From: Mobula hypostoma
Taxonomy: Eukaryota
Assembly: GCF_963921235.1 (NCBI RefSeq)
Contig: NC_086108.1
Span: forward strand, 73,286,001-73,350,000
Direction: 5' to 3'
Length of the DNA stretch: 64,000 bases
The stretch's first letter is position 1; each line of letters opens with the position of its first letter. The translations under genes and the position numbers were made by a program. A model generated the notes under the pieces. That model did not search any database and was not told where the DNA came from. It worked only from the letters and a program-made list of their open reading frames with translations. Positions 1 through 13,207 of this stretch are shown piece after piece.

Positions 1-1842
1 AGTGGGAAGAGACAATCTTGAATGAGGTTGGAGGTGACATCAGATGTATGGCAACTCTGGCAGGGTTTGCAAGATATTACTTCCTACAAAGCAAAACCCA
101 ATAGCATGAATGGCAGCGATGCTTCACTACCAGATGAACTCAACAACTTCTATACCCACTTTGAAAGGGAGAACACAACTACAGCTGTGAAGATCCCTGC
201 TGCACCTGATGGCCCTGTGATCTCTGTCTCAGAGGCTGATGTTAGGTTGTCTTTAAAGAGAGTGAACCCTCTCAAGGCGGAAGGTCCGAATGGAATACCT
301 GGTAAGGCTCTGAAAACCTGTACCATCCAACTAGTGGGAGTATTCAAGGACATTTTCAACCTCTTACTGCTACGGGAGAAAGTTCCCACTTGCTTCAAAA
401 AGGCAACAATTATACCAGTGCCTAAGAAAAATAATGTGGGCTGCCTTAATGACCATCGCCTGGTAGCACTTGCATCTAACAGTGATGAAATGCTATGAGA
501 GGTTAGTCATGACTAGACAGAACTCCTGCCTCAGTAAGGACCTGGACCCTTTGCATTTTGCCTATTGCCACAATAGGTCAATGGCAGACACATTCTCAAT
601 GGCTGTACTCACTGTTTTAGACCACCTGGACAACACGGACACCTGTCAGGATGCTGTTAATCGACTATAGCTCAGCATTTAATACCATCATTCCCACAAT
701 CCTGATTGAGAAGTTTCAGAACCTGGGCCTCTATACCTCCCTCTGCAATTGGATCCTCACCTTCCTAACTGGAAGACCACAATCTGTGTGGATTGGTGAT
801 AACATCTCCTCCTCACTGACGATCAAAACTGGTGCACCTCAGGGGTGTGTGCTTAGCCCACTGCTCTACTCTCTATATACACATGACTGTGTGGCTACAC
901 ATAGCTCAAATACCATCTATAACTTTGCTGATGATACAACAATTGTTGGTAGAGTCTCAGGTGGTGACGAGAGAGCGTACAGGAGTGAGATATGCCAACT
1001 AGCAGAGTGGTGCTGCAGCAACAACCTGGCACTCAACATCAGTAAGACAAAAGATCTGGTTGTGGACTTCAGGAAGGGTAAGGCAAAGGAACACATACCA
1101 ATCCTCATAGAGGGATGAGAAGGGGAGAGAGTGAGCAGCTTTAAGTTCCTGGGTGTCAAAATCTCTGAGGATCTAACCTAGTCCCAACAAATCAATGTAG
1201 TTATAAAGAAGGCAAGGCAGCAGCTATACTTCGTTAGGAATTTGAAGAGATTTAACATGTCAATAAATACACCCACAAACTTCTATAGTTGTACCGTGGA
1301 GAGCATTCTGACAGGCTGCATCACTGTCTGGTATGGAGCGGCTGCTGCACAGAACCGAAAGAAGCTGCAGAAGGTTGTAAATCTAGTCGGCTTCATCTTG
1401 GGTACTAGCCTACAAAGTACCCAGGACATCTTCAGGGAGCTGTGTCTCAGAAAGACAGTGTCCTTCATTAAGGACTTCCAGCACCCAGGGCATACCCTTA
1501 TTTCACTGTTACCATCAGGTAGGAGGTACAGAAGCCTGAAGGCTCACACTCAGCGATTCAGGAACAGCTTCTTCCCCTCTGCCATCTGATTCCTAAATGG
1601 ACATTGAACCCTTAAACACTACCTCACTTTTTTTAAATATACAGTATTTCTGTTTTTTGCACGTTTTTTAATCTATTCAATATGCATATACTGTAATTGA
1701 TTTACTTATTTATTTATTATTATTATTTTATTCTTTTTTTTCTCTTCTATATTATGTATTGCATTGAACTGCTGCTGCTAAGTTAATAAATTTCACTTCA
1801 CATGCCGGTGATAATAAACCTAATTCTGATTCTGATTCTGAT
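1..1842 (+). mobile_element. Rex1/Babar-type non-LTR retrotransposon (LINE), 3' part, frameshifted RT pseudogene
   Basis: ORFs 22-498, 470-670, 651-1118 and 1242-1589 carry RT motifs ([32 protein letters not shown]) and the C-terminal FYSCTVESILTGCITVWYG / HPGHTLISLLPSGRRYRS block. AT-rich 3' UTR ends in (ATTCTG)n. Confidence 0.9.
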
Positions 1843-2448
1843 TTTGAGGAGGGATTATTAGAGAAAGAGACAATATTTTTATTTTCAATGGCTATGGTGG
1901 TAGTTAATAGCGTTACTCCTGTGCCACTCAGTCAGCCACTCCCACATGGGAGGAGTTCACATACTATACAAAGAGGGTTATCAATAAAGTTCAGTTGGGT
2001 ATACTGCACGCTGGCATCCTGGTGTGCTCTGCACAATCCCCCAACAAAGTACATAACGTGGTGTCAGAAATTGTTGATTGTCAATGATTGATGCTACAGA
2101 CCTAGTGAGATCCCCAACAAGTAAGAATTTACAGTAAGACTGCTCTTCTTTACGTATATCTCTGCTAAATATCCAGAGACATATCAACCTAAACTGCCTC
2201 TGCTACTTTGTTAATGGCATGTACCATGAGCATGAGCTGAACAGTGCCAGGGTTTCAGGGCAACTCTTTCAAGCTGCAAATTAAAGTGGATACATTGCAA
2301 TAATCTGTGGGCCACTAGCCTGGGGATGTGCACCAGAGACACAGACGAGGCAGAGAATTAGAGAAGTCAGTCAAACTCTCATGGGGAGAAAATAAGATTT
2401 TTGTAGTTGAAATAAATAAAATAATAAATAAACAAACAAACAGGAAAA

Positions 2449-2790
2449 TGGAGCAAATACCTGCAGTACCTACATCTACTTGCCTAATAAAGCCCTCTGA
2501 GGCATTTGGTTTCTCTAAGCTAGGGGACTTTGAGAGATGGTTCAGGCACTTTGAGAGATTTAGGACTCAAGCAATCTCACTCAGATTTCAGAAGAGCATT
2601 AAGTAAGCACATTGATATACTGCATGGGTGACAAAGCAGATGACATCATGGGTGGATTAGGACTGACAGATACTCAGGAAAAGGAGTACAAAACAGTGCA
2701 GTTCAAATTCAACCAATATGCCACAGGAAAATGAAATCTGATGTATGAGAGGGCAAAGTTCAACTCCAGAAAACATGAGCCAGATGCTTG
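2449..2790 (+). mobile_element. Ty3/Gypsy-type gag fragment, decayed
   Basis: Translates PSEAFGFSKLGDFERWFRHFERFR..., STLIYCMGDKADDIM..., YERAKFNSR, resembling the N-terminus of gypsy gag. Interrupted by the Penelope element. Confidence 0.65.
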
Positions 2791-3025
2791 TTCCTGCCCC
2801 ACTGAACTCATATTTGCATACCTTGACTCTGTTTTATTCCCCCCTGATTCAGTCCCTTCCCACCTACATCCATGACACTTCACACACACTTGATCTTTTC
2901 AAGGATTTCAGGTTCCCTGGCCCTCATCATCTCATTTTTCCTACGGATGTCCGGTCCCTATATACCTCCATCCCCTATCAGGAAGACCTCAAAGCTTCCT
3001 GTTTCTTTCTGGACACCAGACCCGA
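2791..3025 (+). mobile_element. Penelope-like element RT fragment (left part, split by the Academ insertion)
   Basis: PLIQSLPTYIHDTSH...PTDVRSLYTSIP (Penelope RT DVxSLYTxIP motif). The sequence resumes at 6187. Confidence 0.85.
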
Positions 3026-6000
3026 TAGTCTGTGAGCCAGGACCCCAAATTTGGGCCACTGATACCATCTGAGGGGAATAATTCTTATAGTGATTTTTGG
3101 CAAGGTAGACACCCCTAGTGCTAGAAAATATGTGATAGCATTGCAGCGGTGGTAGCTTTCTGTGAGAGGGACTGGGATTTGCACCTCCATGCTATAAGAA
3201 CCATGATCCCATGGTGCTTTGCCTATGATAAGATGAATTATGCCAGGTACCTGTCCCCTTACTTTGCTCAGATGGTGAACCTCCCAGAGAAGAATCCTAT
3301 GTATGAGGCCTTCAAGACAGGCCAATTCTCAGTGCAGCTGTCAAGTAACAACCCCTTTGGGCAGATCCCTGTGGACCAGGCTATTGAAGCCACAGTGAAC
3401 AAAGACACACTGACTCCTGGAGGCACATCATGGTTCAGCCTGAATGCTGGAGCTATCAAGCGTTACTACATAACATCTGAGCACCACAGTGCATTCCTGG
3501 GACAGTTAAGGGAGATGGTGCAAGGCAACAAATCAGAGCTTTGTCATGTGGAGCTACAGCGGCCAAGAACCCAGAAAGATGAGGAAGCAGTTTCAGCAGT
3601 GGTTAGCCTCATACATGAATGGGTCAACCCATTTGCAGAGAAGCGGGACCTCATTAGCATCTCTGCAGCAAAGGCAGCCCCCAAGGACATTGCCTCCAAC
3701 CTGATGAAGGCATATGAGATTGGTGAGCAATGCTATGCAACCTTCAAGGATGAGAGACTAGAGGAAGACCCACCAGCAAAGAAATTCCATGACCCAATGA
3801 AAACCAACAAGCTGAAAACATTCAGTGATATGTGTAAAAAGGGATAAGTGAAATCAAATGGGAGGGCGATCATCTTGAAAGCAGACAGGTCTTTGTTTGG
3901 ACGCATCATAGTGATGGCACAAGGGCGCAGTCTACGTATGGAGGATATCCTTTCTGATCCCCTTGGACCATTGCCCTGGGCCCTGTCCACACCAGAAGGA
4001 TTGCTGAGAAAGACAAATAAAGCTATTTTAGCCACAACCTTGCAGAAAAATGTAGCAGTAGAAGAGCAACTCCCAGGAAACTCTGCTATAGTGGTTGATG
4101 GAATGAACTTGGTCCAAAGAGTGAAGGGTGATCAAGTTACTTTCAGAGATGTTGCCACAACAATTCTGTGTATGGCTCTGAGGGAAGGCAGTCAGAGTAG
4201 CAGAATAGATGTTGTGTTCGACACATACAAGGAGAACTCTATTAAGAATAGTGAAAGATCTCTATGGGGTGAAGAGACTGGTCATGAGTTGCAAGGTATC
4301 ATAGGCACACAGATGGTGAGGCAGTGAAGGAGCTTCTGACCAAAGTCAGTAACAAAAATAGTCTCATTAGCTTCATAGTCCATGAATGGAGGAAGGCAGA
4401 GTACAGAGCAAAGCTACAGGAGAAGATTCTGTATGCAACTGTGAATGACAAATGTTACAGAATCACATCTCAAGACAGTGAGGAAGTGTCAGCTCTTCAG
4501 TGTCAACAAGAAGCAGATGGCCGCCTACTTCTCCATGCTGCCCATGCCACAAGAGAGGGATACCAATTTGTTGTGATCTGCTCAGAAGACACGGATGTCT
4601 TTATCATGTCTTTAGCATTTTGTGACAAGATTGAGGCCCCATTGTTCCAGACATGTGGCACTAGAACCCATACAAGGCTTGTAGACATCAGGAAGGTTGC
4701 TGCCACTGTTGGCATAGAGGCTTGTAGGGCTCTCATCGGGTTGCACACATATACAGGATGTGACACTGTAAGTGCTTTTGCAGGCAAAAGGAAGACAAGT
4801 GCCCTAAAACTTCTGACCAGCAACAGGGAAACGCAAGACACATTCTTAGAGTTGGGTCGGGAATGGGACCTCTCCCCAAAACTGATGGACAAACTGGAGG
4901 CATTTACATGTCTTCTGTATGCCCCAAAAGCATCGACCACCAAGGTCAATGAGCTCAGATATCATGTTTTCTGTGCCAAAAAGGAGAAATCGAAAGTCAT
5001 CATCTCCCACCATGCAAGGACTGCTTAACAAAACATGCACAGAGAGCTAACTACCAGGCTGGAATATGGAGAAGATGTTTGGAGAAGGACCCACGAGTGC
5101 CAAGCCCTATTGGCAGAGGATGGAAGATGGAGAGAGAAGAGGAAGCTGAACAGTTGGTGGTGCACTGGATGGAAGGCCAGCCTGCACCGGTGCCGTCCTG
5201 GACCTACTGGCCTGTAACTGTCCAAAAAAATGTTCACTCCCAAGATGTATGTGTGTTGCAAATAGCCTCAGGTGTACTGATCTGTGTAGACTGGCAGACT
5301 GTGAGAACCAGGCATCCACCTCAGAGAGTGTGGAAAATTCAGATGAAGATGTGGAAGATGTGGAAGACTTGGAAAATTATTATGATTATTAATAGGTCAT
5401 GAAAGTATGGAAAACAAAGCATGGAAAGCAGTCTTTGATTAAGTGTATTCATTTTACAGCCAAATGAGGCCTAGGTTATGGCCACGTGGAACCCCACATT
5501 TGAATTATTGTACTGTAATTCTATATGCTATGACAAAAGCTTAAGATTGTTTTGATTTGATACAACAATATGGTAAATATCATGACATTGATAAAACTCC
5601 AGAAATCTTTCCAAGTTAGGTTTTTTACCTTTTGGGAGGTGGGGTAACATTTTCTGCTGTACTGATGTTAATATGGAATATATACAAAAAGTGATTACTT
5701 ACTTGAATTCCTGAATAAATTCTCTACACACCCATGTGATTATATGTGTCCTACGGTTTTTATTGATTTTTCCAAAATAAACCACAGACAAATACTTTTC
5801 TAAAAATGAAATGATTCACTCTACTCAAATTGGGCACTGTACTTCGAGTGCAACCAATGACATAGTTTTCAATGTAGAATTTTATAACAACATTTGATGA
5901 AAAGTGCTTGAACTCAGCTATCATTGTGACAAATTTCAACAATGAGGGATCACTGATGACAAAATACCACTAGGTTGAATATATATGTTGTACTTTATAT

Positions 6001-6186
6001 TGGGCACCTTTCAGAAATGCTCATTTTAGGATAGTGTTATAAAATGCATGATAGCACACATAAAGCTACCACTGGTACAATGCTATCACATATTTTCTAA
6101 CTCTAGAGATGTATACTTTGCCAAAAATCACTATGAGCATTATTCTCCTCAGATGGTACTGACCAACCCTACTGGCTCACGGACTA
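3026..6186 (+). mobile_element. Academ (AcademX-type) DNA transposon, internally deleted, with XPG/PIN-like nuclease and C-terminal Cys-rich domain
   Basis: Imperfect TIRs of about 120-130 bp with TAG...CTA termini (TAGTCTGTGAGCCAG / CTGGCTCACGGACTA). Flanks CGA/CAA form a 3-bp TSD with one mismatch. Broken ORFs 3149-5330 contain FAYDKMNYARY, IPVDQAIE, EADGRLLLHA, SEDTDVF, HTYTGCDTVSAF and a CxC cluster at about 5210-5310. Confidence 0.85.
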
Positions 6187-7447
6187 CAACCAGTTCCCTT
6201 CCACCACCAATCTCCTCCACTTAGCAGAACTTGTCCTCACTCTAAATAATTTCTCCTTTGGGCCCTCCCACTTCCTTCAAACAAAAGGGGTAGACATGGC
6301 CACTCACATGGGTCCCAGCTATGTCTGTCTGTTTGTCGGCTATGAGGAACATTCTTTGTTCCAAGCCTTCACTGGTGACCGTCCTGTACTTTTCCTACGC
6401 TACATCAATGACTGCATTAGTGCTGCTTCCTGAACCCATGCTGAACTCGTCAATTTCATCCACTTTGCCTCCAACTTCCACCCTGACCTCAAATTCACCT
6501 GGTCCGTTTCTGACGCTTCCCTTCCCTTCCTCGATCTCATTATATCTATCTCCAGAGACAGCTTATCCACTGATGTCTATTATAAACCAACGGACTCTCA
6601 CAGCTACCTGGACTATACCTTGTCCCACCCCTGCTACTTGTAAAAATGCCATCCCTTTCTCTCAATTCCTCTGTCTCTGCCGCAAACACTCTCAGGATGA
6701 GGCTTTTCATTCTGGAACAAAGGAAATGTCCTCCTTTTTCAAAGAAATGAGCTTCCCTTCCTCCGCCATGGCTGCTCTCAACCCCATCTCTTCCATTTCA
6801 CGCACCTCTGCTCTTCCCCATCCTCCCGCCACCCTACCAGGGATAGGGTTCATCTTGTCCTCGCCTACCACCCCACCTGCCTCTGCATTCAGCACTTAAT
6901 TCTCTGAAACTTCCGCCATCTCCAAATGGATTCCACCACCAAGCTCATCTTTCCCTCCGCCCATTCTCCGCTTTCTGCAGGGATCACTCCCTACACCATC
7001 TCCATTCATCCCGTTCTACTGATCTACTTCCTGGCACTTATCCTTGCAAGTGGAACAAGTGCTATACCTGCCCCTACACCTCCTCCCTCACTAATATTCA
7101 GGCCCCTAAACAGTCCTTCCAGGTGAGGTGACACTTCACCTGCGAGTCTGTTAGGGTCATATACTGCATTCGGTGCTCCCAGTGTGGCCTTGTATATCGG
7201 TCAGACCCGACATAGATTGGGAGACCGTTTCGCCAAGCATCTATGCTCCATCTGCCAGAAAAAGCAGGATCTCCCAGTGGCCACTCATTTTATTTCCACT
7301 TCCCATTCCCATTCTAATATTTCCATCCATGGCCTCCTCCACTGTTGTGATGAGGCCACACTTAGGCTGGAGGAACAACACCTTATATTCCATTTGGGTA
7401 GCCTCCAACCTGATGATATGAACATTGGTTTCTCAAATTTCCAGTAA
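6187..7447 (+). mobile_element. Penelope-like element RT + GIY-YIG endonuclease (right part)
   Basis: GVDMATHMGPSYVCLFVG-like RT motif near 6290. GIY-YIG region LYIGQTRHRLGDRFAKH...EEQHLIFHLGSLQP in ORF 7184-7447. Confidence 0.9.
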
Positions 7448-7631
7448 TGCCTATCGGTATTCAGCAGAATAATCCATTGACTATGGCCCACTAGCCATTA
7501 CTGCAGCCAAACAAAGGGGTGGACACAAGATTTGAGTTGCAGAACAATCAGTTACTACATTTGACTCTACTGCAAAGTGGAACTGTGATGGTGTTGAAAT
7601 TAATTATTTTGAGCTCTGACTGTGTTGGACA

Positions 7632-7929
7632 CTGATGAAAAATTTTCTTGTGAACAAATAACAACCTTATCAAGGAGTGGAATAGTTTTGTCCATTTCAT
7701 AGCTGAGCTGCTAAGTGACATATTTCACTATAGAATGTAAGAGGAGGGAACAGAAAATTTCATTGGAGATCTTCATTCACTCAGCTTTCAATGAGTTTAC
7801 AAAGTCGAAACTCATAGCAAGCATGGACAGTGTACAGTATTCACAAAACACTACATTCAGTTACTCTGGACAAAACTATTCCACTCCTTGATAAGGTTGT
7901 TATTTGTTTGCATGTAATTTTTTCATCAG
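7632..7929. repeat. Inverted repeat of about 63 bp flanking a spacer of about 170 bp
   Basis: 7632-7694 (CTGATGAAAAATT...AACAAATAACAACCTTATCAAGGAGTGGAATAGTTTTGTCCA) is the near reverse complement of 7867-7929. Confidence 0.85.
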
Positions 7930-8965
7930 CCTAGTCCCATTGACCTGCACCTGGACTCTAGTCCTCCATACCAACGCCTCCCTCCATGCACGTATCTATC
8001 CAAATTTCCCTTGAATATTAAAATCAAAATTACATCCACCACTTCTGCTGGCAACTCATTTCACACTCTCACCACCTGCTGAGAGAAGAAGTTCCCCTCA
8101 TGTTCTTAAACATTTCACCTTTCACACTTAACCCATGACCTCTAGTTCTAGCCTCCTCCAACTTCAGTGGAAAAAGCCTGCTTACATTTACCCTGTCTGT
8201 ACCCCTCATAAATTTAGACACGTCAATCAGATCTCCCTTCATTCTCCTATGCTCTAGGGAAAAAAAATCCTAACCTATTCAATCTTTCACTATAACTCAT
8301 TTTCTCAAGTCCAGTAACATCCTTGTAAATTTTCTCTGCTCTCTTTCAACCTTATTTATATCTTTCCTGTAGGTAGGCAATCAAAACTGCACAATATTCC
8401 AAATTAGGCCTCACTAATGTCTTATACCACTTCAACACAACATCCCAACTCCTGTACACAATACTTTGATATATGGTGGCCAACATACCAAAAAATTTCT
8501 TTATTGAACTATCTACCTGTGACACTATTTTCAAGGAATTATGGATCTGTATCCCAGATACCTGTATTTCACCACTCCTCAGTGCCCTACCGTTCACCAT
8601 GTATATCCTCTTAAAGTGCACCACTTCACAATTTTCTGCATTAAATTCCATCTACCATTTCTCAGCTTATCTTTCCAACTACTCCAAATCCCCTGAAAGC
8701 TTTGATAGTCTCCCTTGCTGTCTACTACAGCCCTAAACTTGGTCAAAATCATTGTCAAATTAAATAATCCACTTTACTACATTATCATCCAGATTGCTGA
8801 TATAGATGGTCAACAACAGACACAGCACTGATCCCTGTGGCACACCACTAGCCACAGGCCTCCAGTCAGAGAAGCAACTATCTACTACCACTTCTGGCTT
8901 CTCCCACGATGCCAATGTCTAATCCTATTTACCACCTCATTTTGAAAGGCAGGCAACTGAACTTT
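7930..8965 (-). mobile_element. CR1 LINE 3' fragment
   Basis: MEFNAENCEVVHF...YKTLVRPNLEYC (CR1 ORF2 C-terminus) and CR1-type 3' UTR. Confidence 0.85.
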
Positions 8966-8969
8966 CTCG

Positions 8970-11900
8970 AACCTGTACAAAAGGGATGGGTTGCACTTGA
9001 ATCTGAGGGAGACCAATAATCTTGCAAGCAGGTTTAATAGAGCTGATGGGAATGGTTTAATCTAATATGGCAGAGGGATGGGAACCAGTATAATAGAGCT
9101 GAGGATGAGCCAGCAGGTGTAAAATGAATGTGAGGAAGGACAAGCCAATGGTTGAGTACAAGTGCAGACAGAGCAAAGAGTTAAATTGTACCACAGGGGC
9201 AAAATTCAAAAGGGCGAAGACTGCAGGACTGAGGAGCTGTATCTAAATGCACATAGCATCTGGAATAAGATGGACGAACTTGTGGCACAATTAGAGATTG
9301 GTTGGTATGACGCTATGGGCATCATTGAGTTGTGGCTGAAAGAAGGCCATAGTTGGGAGCTTAACATCAAAATTCGATACTTTATATCGGAAGGACAGGC
9401 AGGAAGGTGTAGGTGGTGGTGTGATTCTGTTGTTAAGGGATAGAATTACATCTTTGGAAAAAGGTGACATAGGGTCAGAGAATGTTGAATCTTTGTGGGT
9501 GGTGTTAATAAACTGAAAGGGTAGAAAAACCATTATGGGAATCATATATAGGCCTCCAAATAGTGGCCATGGTGTGGGGTTGAGATTGCAAAGGAAGCTG
9601 GAAAAGGCATGTAATATGGGTAATGTCACAATTGTAATGAGGGACTTCAATATGTGAGGGGATAGGGAAAATCAGCTGGCAAGAGAGGGAATTTGTTGAA
9701 TGCCTATGAGATGGCTTTTTAGAGCAACTTGTGCCTGAGCCTACTCAGGGAAAGGCCATCTTAGGTTGGGTGTTGTGTAATAACCCAGATCTTATTAGGG
9801 AGCTTAATGTAAAGGATTCCTTAGGAGACAGTGATCATAATATGATTGAATTCATACTGCAGTTTGAGTGGGAGAAGCATAACTCACATGTATCAGCATT
9901 GCAATGGAATAAAGGGAATTAGAAAGGCATGAGAGAGGAGCTTTCCCAGTGGATTGGAGGAGGATACTGGCAGGGATGACAGCAGAGCAGAGGTGGCTGA
10001 AGTTTCAGGGAATAGTTCACAAGGTGATGAATAGATTTTTCCCACAGAGGAAGAAGCTCTCAAATGATAGGGGTAGGCAACCATGGCTGGCAGAGGAAAT
10101 CAAGGACTGCATAAAAGCCAAGGAAAGGGCATATCTTATATGGGCATACCTAAAGTGAGTGGGAAGTTGGATGATTGGGAAGCTTTTAAAATTCAACAAA
10201 AAGCATCTAAAACAGCTATAAGAAGAGAAAAGATGAAATATGAGGGCAAACTAGCCAATTATATAAAGCAGGATACCAAATGTTTTTTCAGTATATAGAG
10301 AGTAAAAGGGTGGTGAGGGTTGATATTGGTCCATTGGAAAATGATGCTGGTGAGGTTAGTAATGGAGGACAAAGAACTGGCAGATGGATTTATGAGTATT
10401 TTGTATTAGTCTTTACTGTGGATAACACTAGCAGTGTGCCAGAGGTGCATGAGTGTCAGAGAGCAGGAGTGGGTGACATTGCTATTACAAAGGAAAAAGT
10501 GCTAAGCAAACTCAAAGGTTTTAAGGTGGATAGTCATATGGACCAGATGGACTACATCCCAGAGTCCTGAAAGAGGTTGCTGAAGCAATAGCAGATACCG
10601 TTTCTCATGATACTTCAAGAATCACTTGACTCTGGCTTGGTCCTGGATGACTCGAAGATGGAAAATGTCACTCCACCCTTTAAGAAGGGAGGAAGGCAAA
10701 AGAATTTATAGACCAGGTAACCTAACCTCAGTGGTTGGGAAAGTGTTGGAGTCCATTATTAAGGATGAGGTATAAAGTAAGTGAAAGTCAGCATGGTTTC
10801 TGCAAAGGGAAATCTTGCCTGACAAATCTGTTAGAGTTCTTCAAGAATGAAACAAGCAGGGTGGACAAAGGAAACGCAGTGGATGTCATTTATTTGGATT
10901 TTCAGAAGGCATTTGATAAGGTACCACACGTAAGGCTGCTTAACAAAAAAAAATCTTATGGCATTACAGGAAAGATACTGTTATGGATAGAGGAATTGCT
11001 GACGGGCAAGAGGCAGTGAATGGGAATAAATGGGGCCTTTTCTGGTTGGTTACCAGTGATGAGTGGTGTTCTGAGGGGTTAGTATTGGGACCGTTATTTT
11101 TCAAATTGTTTGTCACTGATTTGGATAATGGAATTGATGACTTTGTGGCAAAGTTTGCAGGTGATACGAAGATAGATAGGTAGTGCTGCGGAAGCAATGC
11201 GATTGCAGCCGGACTTAGACAAATTGGAGAAAAATGGGCGAAAAATTGGCAAATGGAATAGTTTTGGGAAGTGTATGATAATGCATTCTGGTAAAAGAAA
11301 CATTAGTGCAGTCTATTATCTAAATGGGGTGAAAATTCAAACATCAGAGGTGCAAAGAGACTTAGGAGTCCTTGTGCAAGACTCCCAGAAGGTTAATTTA
11401 CATGTTGAGTCTGTGGTAAAGAAGGCAAATGCAATGTTGGCATTTATTTCAAGGAGAATAGAATATAAAAGCAAGAAAATAATGCTGAGGCATTATAAGA
11501 CACTAGTCAGGCTGCACTTGGAGTATTGTCAACAGTTTTTGCCCCATATCTCAGTAAGGATATGTTGTCATTGGAGAGAGCCCAACAGAGGTTCGCAAGA
11601 ATGACTCCAGGAATGAAGGGGTTAACATATGAGGAGCATATGACAGCTTTGGGCCTGAACTCACTGGAATTTAGAAGAATGCAAGAGGATCTCATTGAAA
11701 CCTACTGAATGTTGAAAGGATTAGATTGGGTGGATGTGGAGAGGATGATTCCTATGGTAGGGGTAACTAGAACTAGAGAACACAGCCTCAAAATTGACGG
11801 GAGACCTTTTAGAACAGAGGTAAGGAGGATTTTTTTTTAGCCGGGGGTAGCGAATCTGCTGTGTACTCTGCCACAGGCTGTGGTGGAGGCCTAGTCTGTA

Positions 11901-12083
11901 GGTATATTTAAGGTGGAATTTGATCGCTTCCTGATCGGTCAAGTCATCAAAGGATATGGCGAGAAGGCAGGTATATGGAGTTGAGTGGGATCTGGGATCA
12001 GCCATGAGGGAATGGCAAAGCAGACTCAATGGGCTGTATGGCCTGATTCTGCTCCTGTGTTTTATGGCCATATGGTCTTATGG
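8970..12083 (+). mobile_element. CR1 LINE, end of ORF1 through APE-RT ORF2 to tail, decayed
   Basis: LYKRDGLHLN (esterase ORF1 end), LYLNAHSIWNKMDEL (APE), SDHNMIEF, QHGFCKGKSCLTNLLEFF, YLDFQKAFDKVPH. Tail is (TATGGTC)-like. Confidence 0.92.
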
Positions 12084-12368
12084 ACAAGACATATCCCTCA
12101 CTCTGGAGATGCAGAGTAAAACAAAATAATTCAAGCACAGGCTATTAGGGTCAGGACCCAACACAGCACCAGTTCATTTCTGAGCTGAGCAGATGAAGAA
12201 ACGTTGGAAGAACACTTTCTTTCCCAGATTGAGAGAAATTTCTTCTAAGGAGCCCACAGAATCACAATCTGCATTTCAAGCCAAGTGGCCTCCTCCTCCC
12301 AAACATTTTCACCAACACAGCACAGCAGTGGTGAAGTAAGGGAGGCCAGCTGATATGTACCCAGCTCA

Positions 12369-12665
12369 GGCAGCGCAATAGCGTAGTCATTAACACAGCG
12401 CTTTACAGTACCAGTGACCCGGGTGACCTGGGTTCAATTCCCTCCACTATCTATAAGGAGTATGTACATTCTCCCTGTGACCATGTGGGATTCCTCTAGT
12501 GCTGCAGTTTTCTCTCACAATCCAAAGATGTACAAGTTGGCAGGTTAATTGGGCATTGTAAATTGTCCCGTGATTAGACTAGGGTTAAATCAGGAGTTGC
12601 TGGATGGTCTATTCCACGCAGTATATCAATCAAGTAAGTAAGTAAGTAAATAAATAAATAAATAG
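12369..12665 (+). mobile_element. tRNA-derived V-domain SINE (HE1-like)
   Basis: B-box-like GGTTCAATTCC followed by V-domain GGAGTATGTACATTCTCCCTGTGACCATGTGGG...TCCAAAGA and a (TAAG/TAAA)n tail. Confidence 0.75.
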
Positions 12666-13207
12666 AAATCTCTTACGTATTTATATTCATTGAGTTTCTT
12701 TTTTTTGTGCTCCATCAGATCCAGAGAATTATTTCATTCTCCTTTACACTTGTATACTGGAAATAACATTAAACAATCTTTAACCTTGTATTTTGAATCT
12801 TTAAACAACTCAGACCACTGTATAAAATACACTTTCCTGTAAGGACTTCCACTCTGCTGGTTTGAACAGTGGTGTGAAAATCACCTGATATGATTGTGGG
12901 GACGTATCATTTCTTTCCCCTTTGCAATAATGTGCAAAGGTTCCTGCGCCTGGGGGAGAAATGAAGCCACCTCCTGCCAGGTTTTTCTAACCATGGGCTC
13001 AGTGCCTTCTGGAACACAGGACATGTAAATTCTTTGAATGAAAGTTGAAGTTTAAGTTCCTTACTTCTTCGTCATCTGTCTTCTGTGTGATATCCATTTA
13101 TCGTTTCTATGATGCCGATCAATGCCTGTTGCAGATCTGTGGGTGCCACGGGAAGCCTGCCTTTAAGGACTGGGACTCTTCGCTAAGCACTGCACAGGAA
13201 AGCATGA

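Noticed and set aside
3149..5028. Long ORFs as a host XPG/FEN1-family nuclease gene
   Set aside because: Intronless, broken by stops and frameshifts, bounded by TIRs and a TSD, and inserted into another element.
12369..12450. tRNA gene
   Set aside because: The tRNA-like head continues into a V-SINE body and does not form a cloverleaf.
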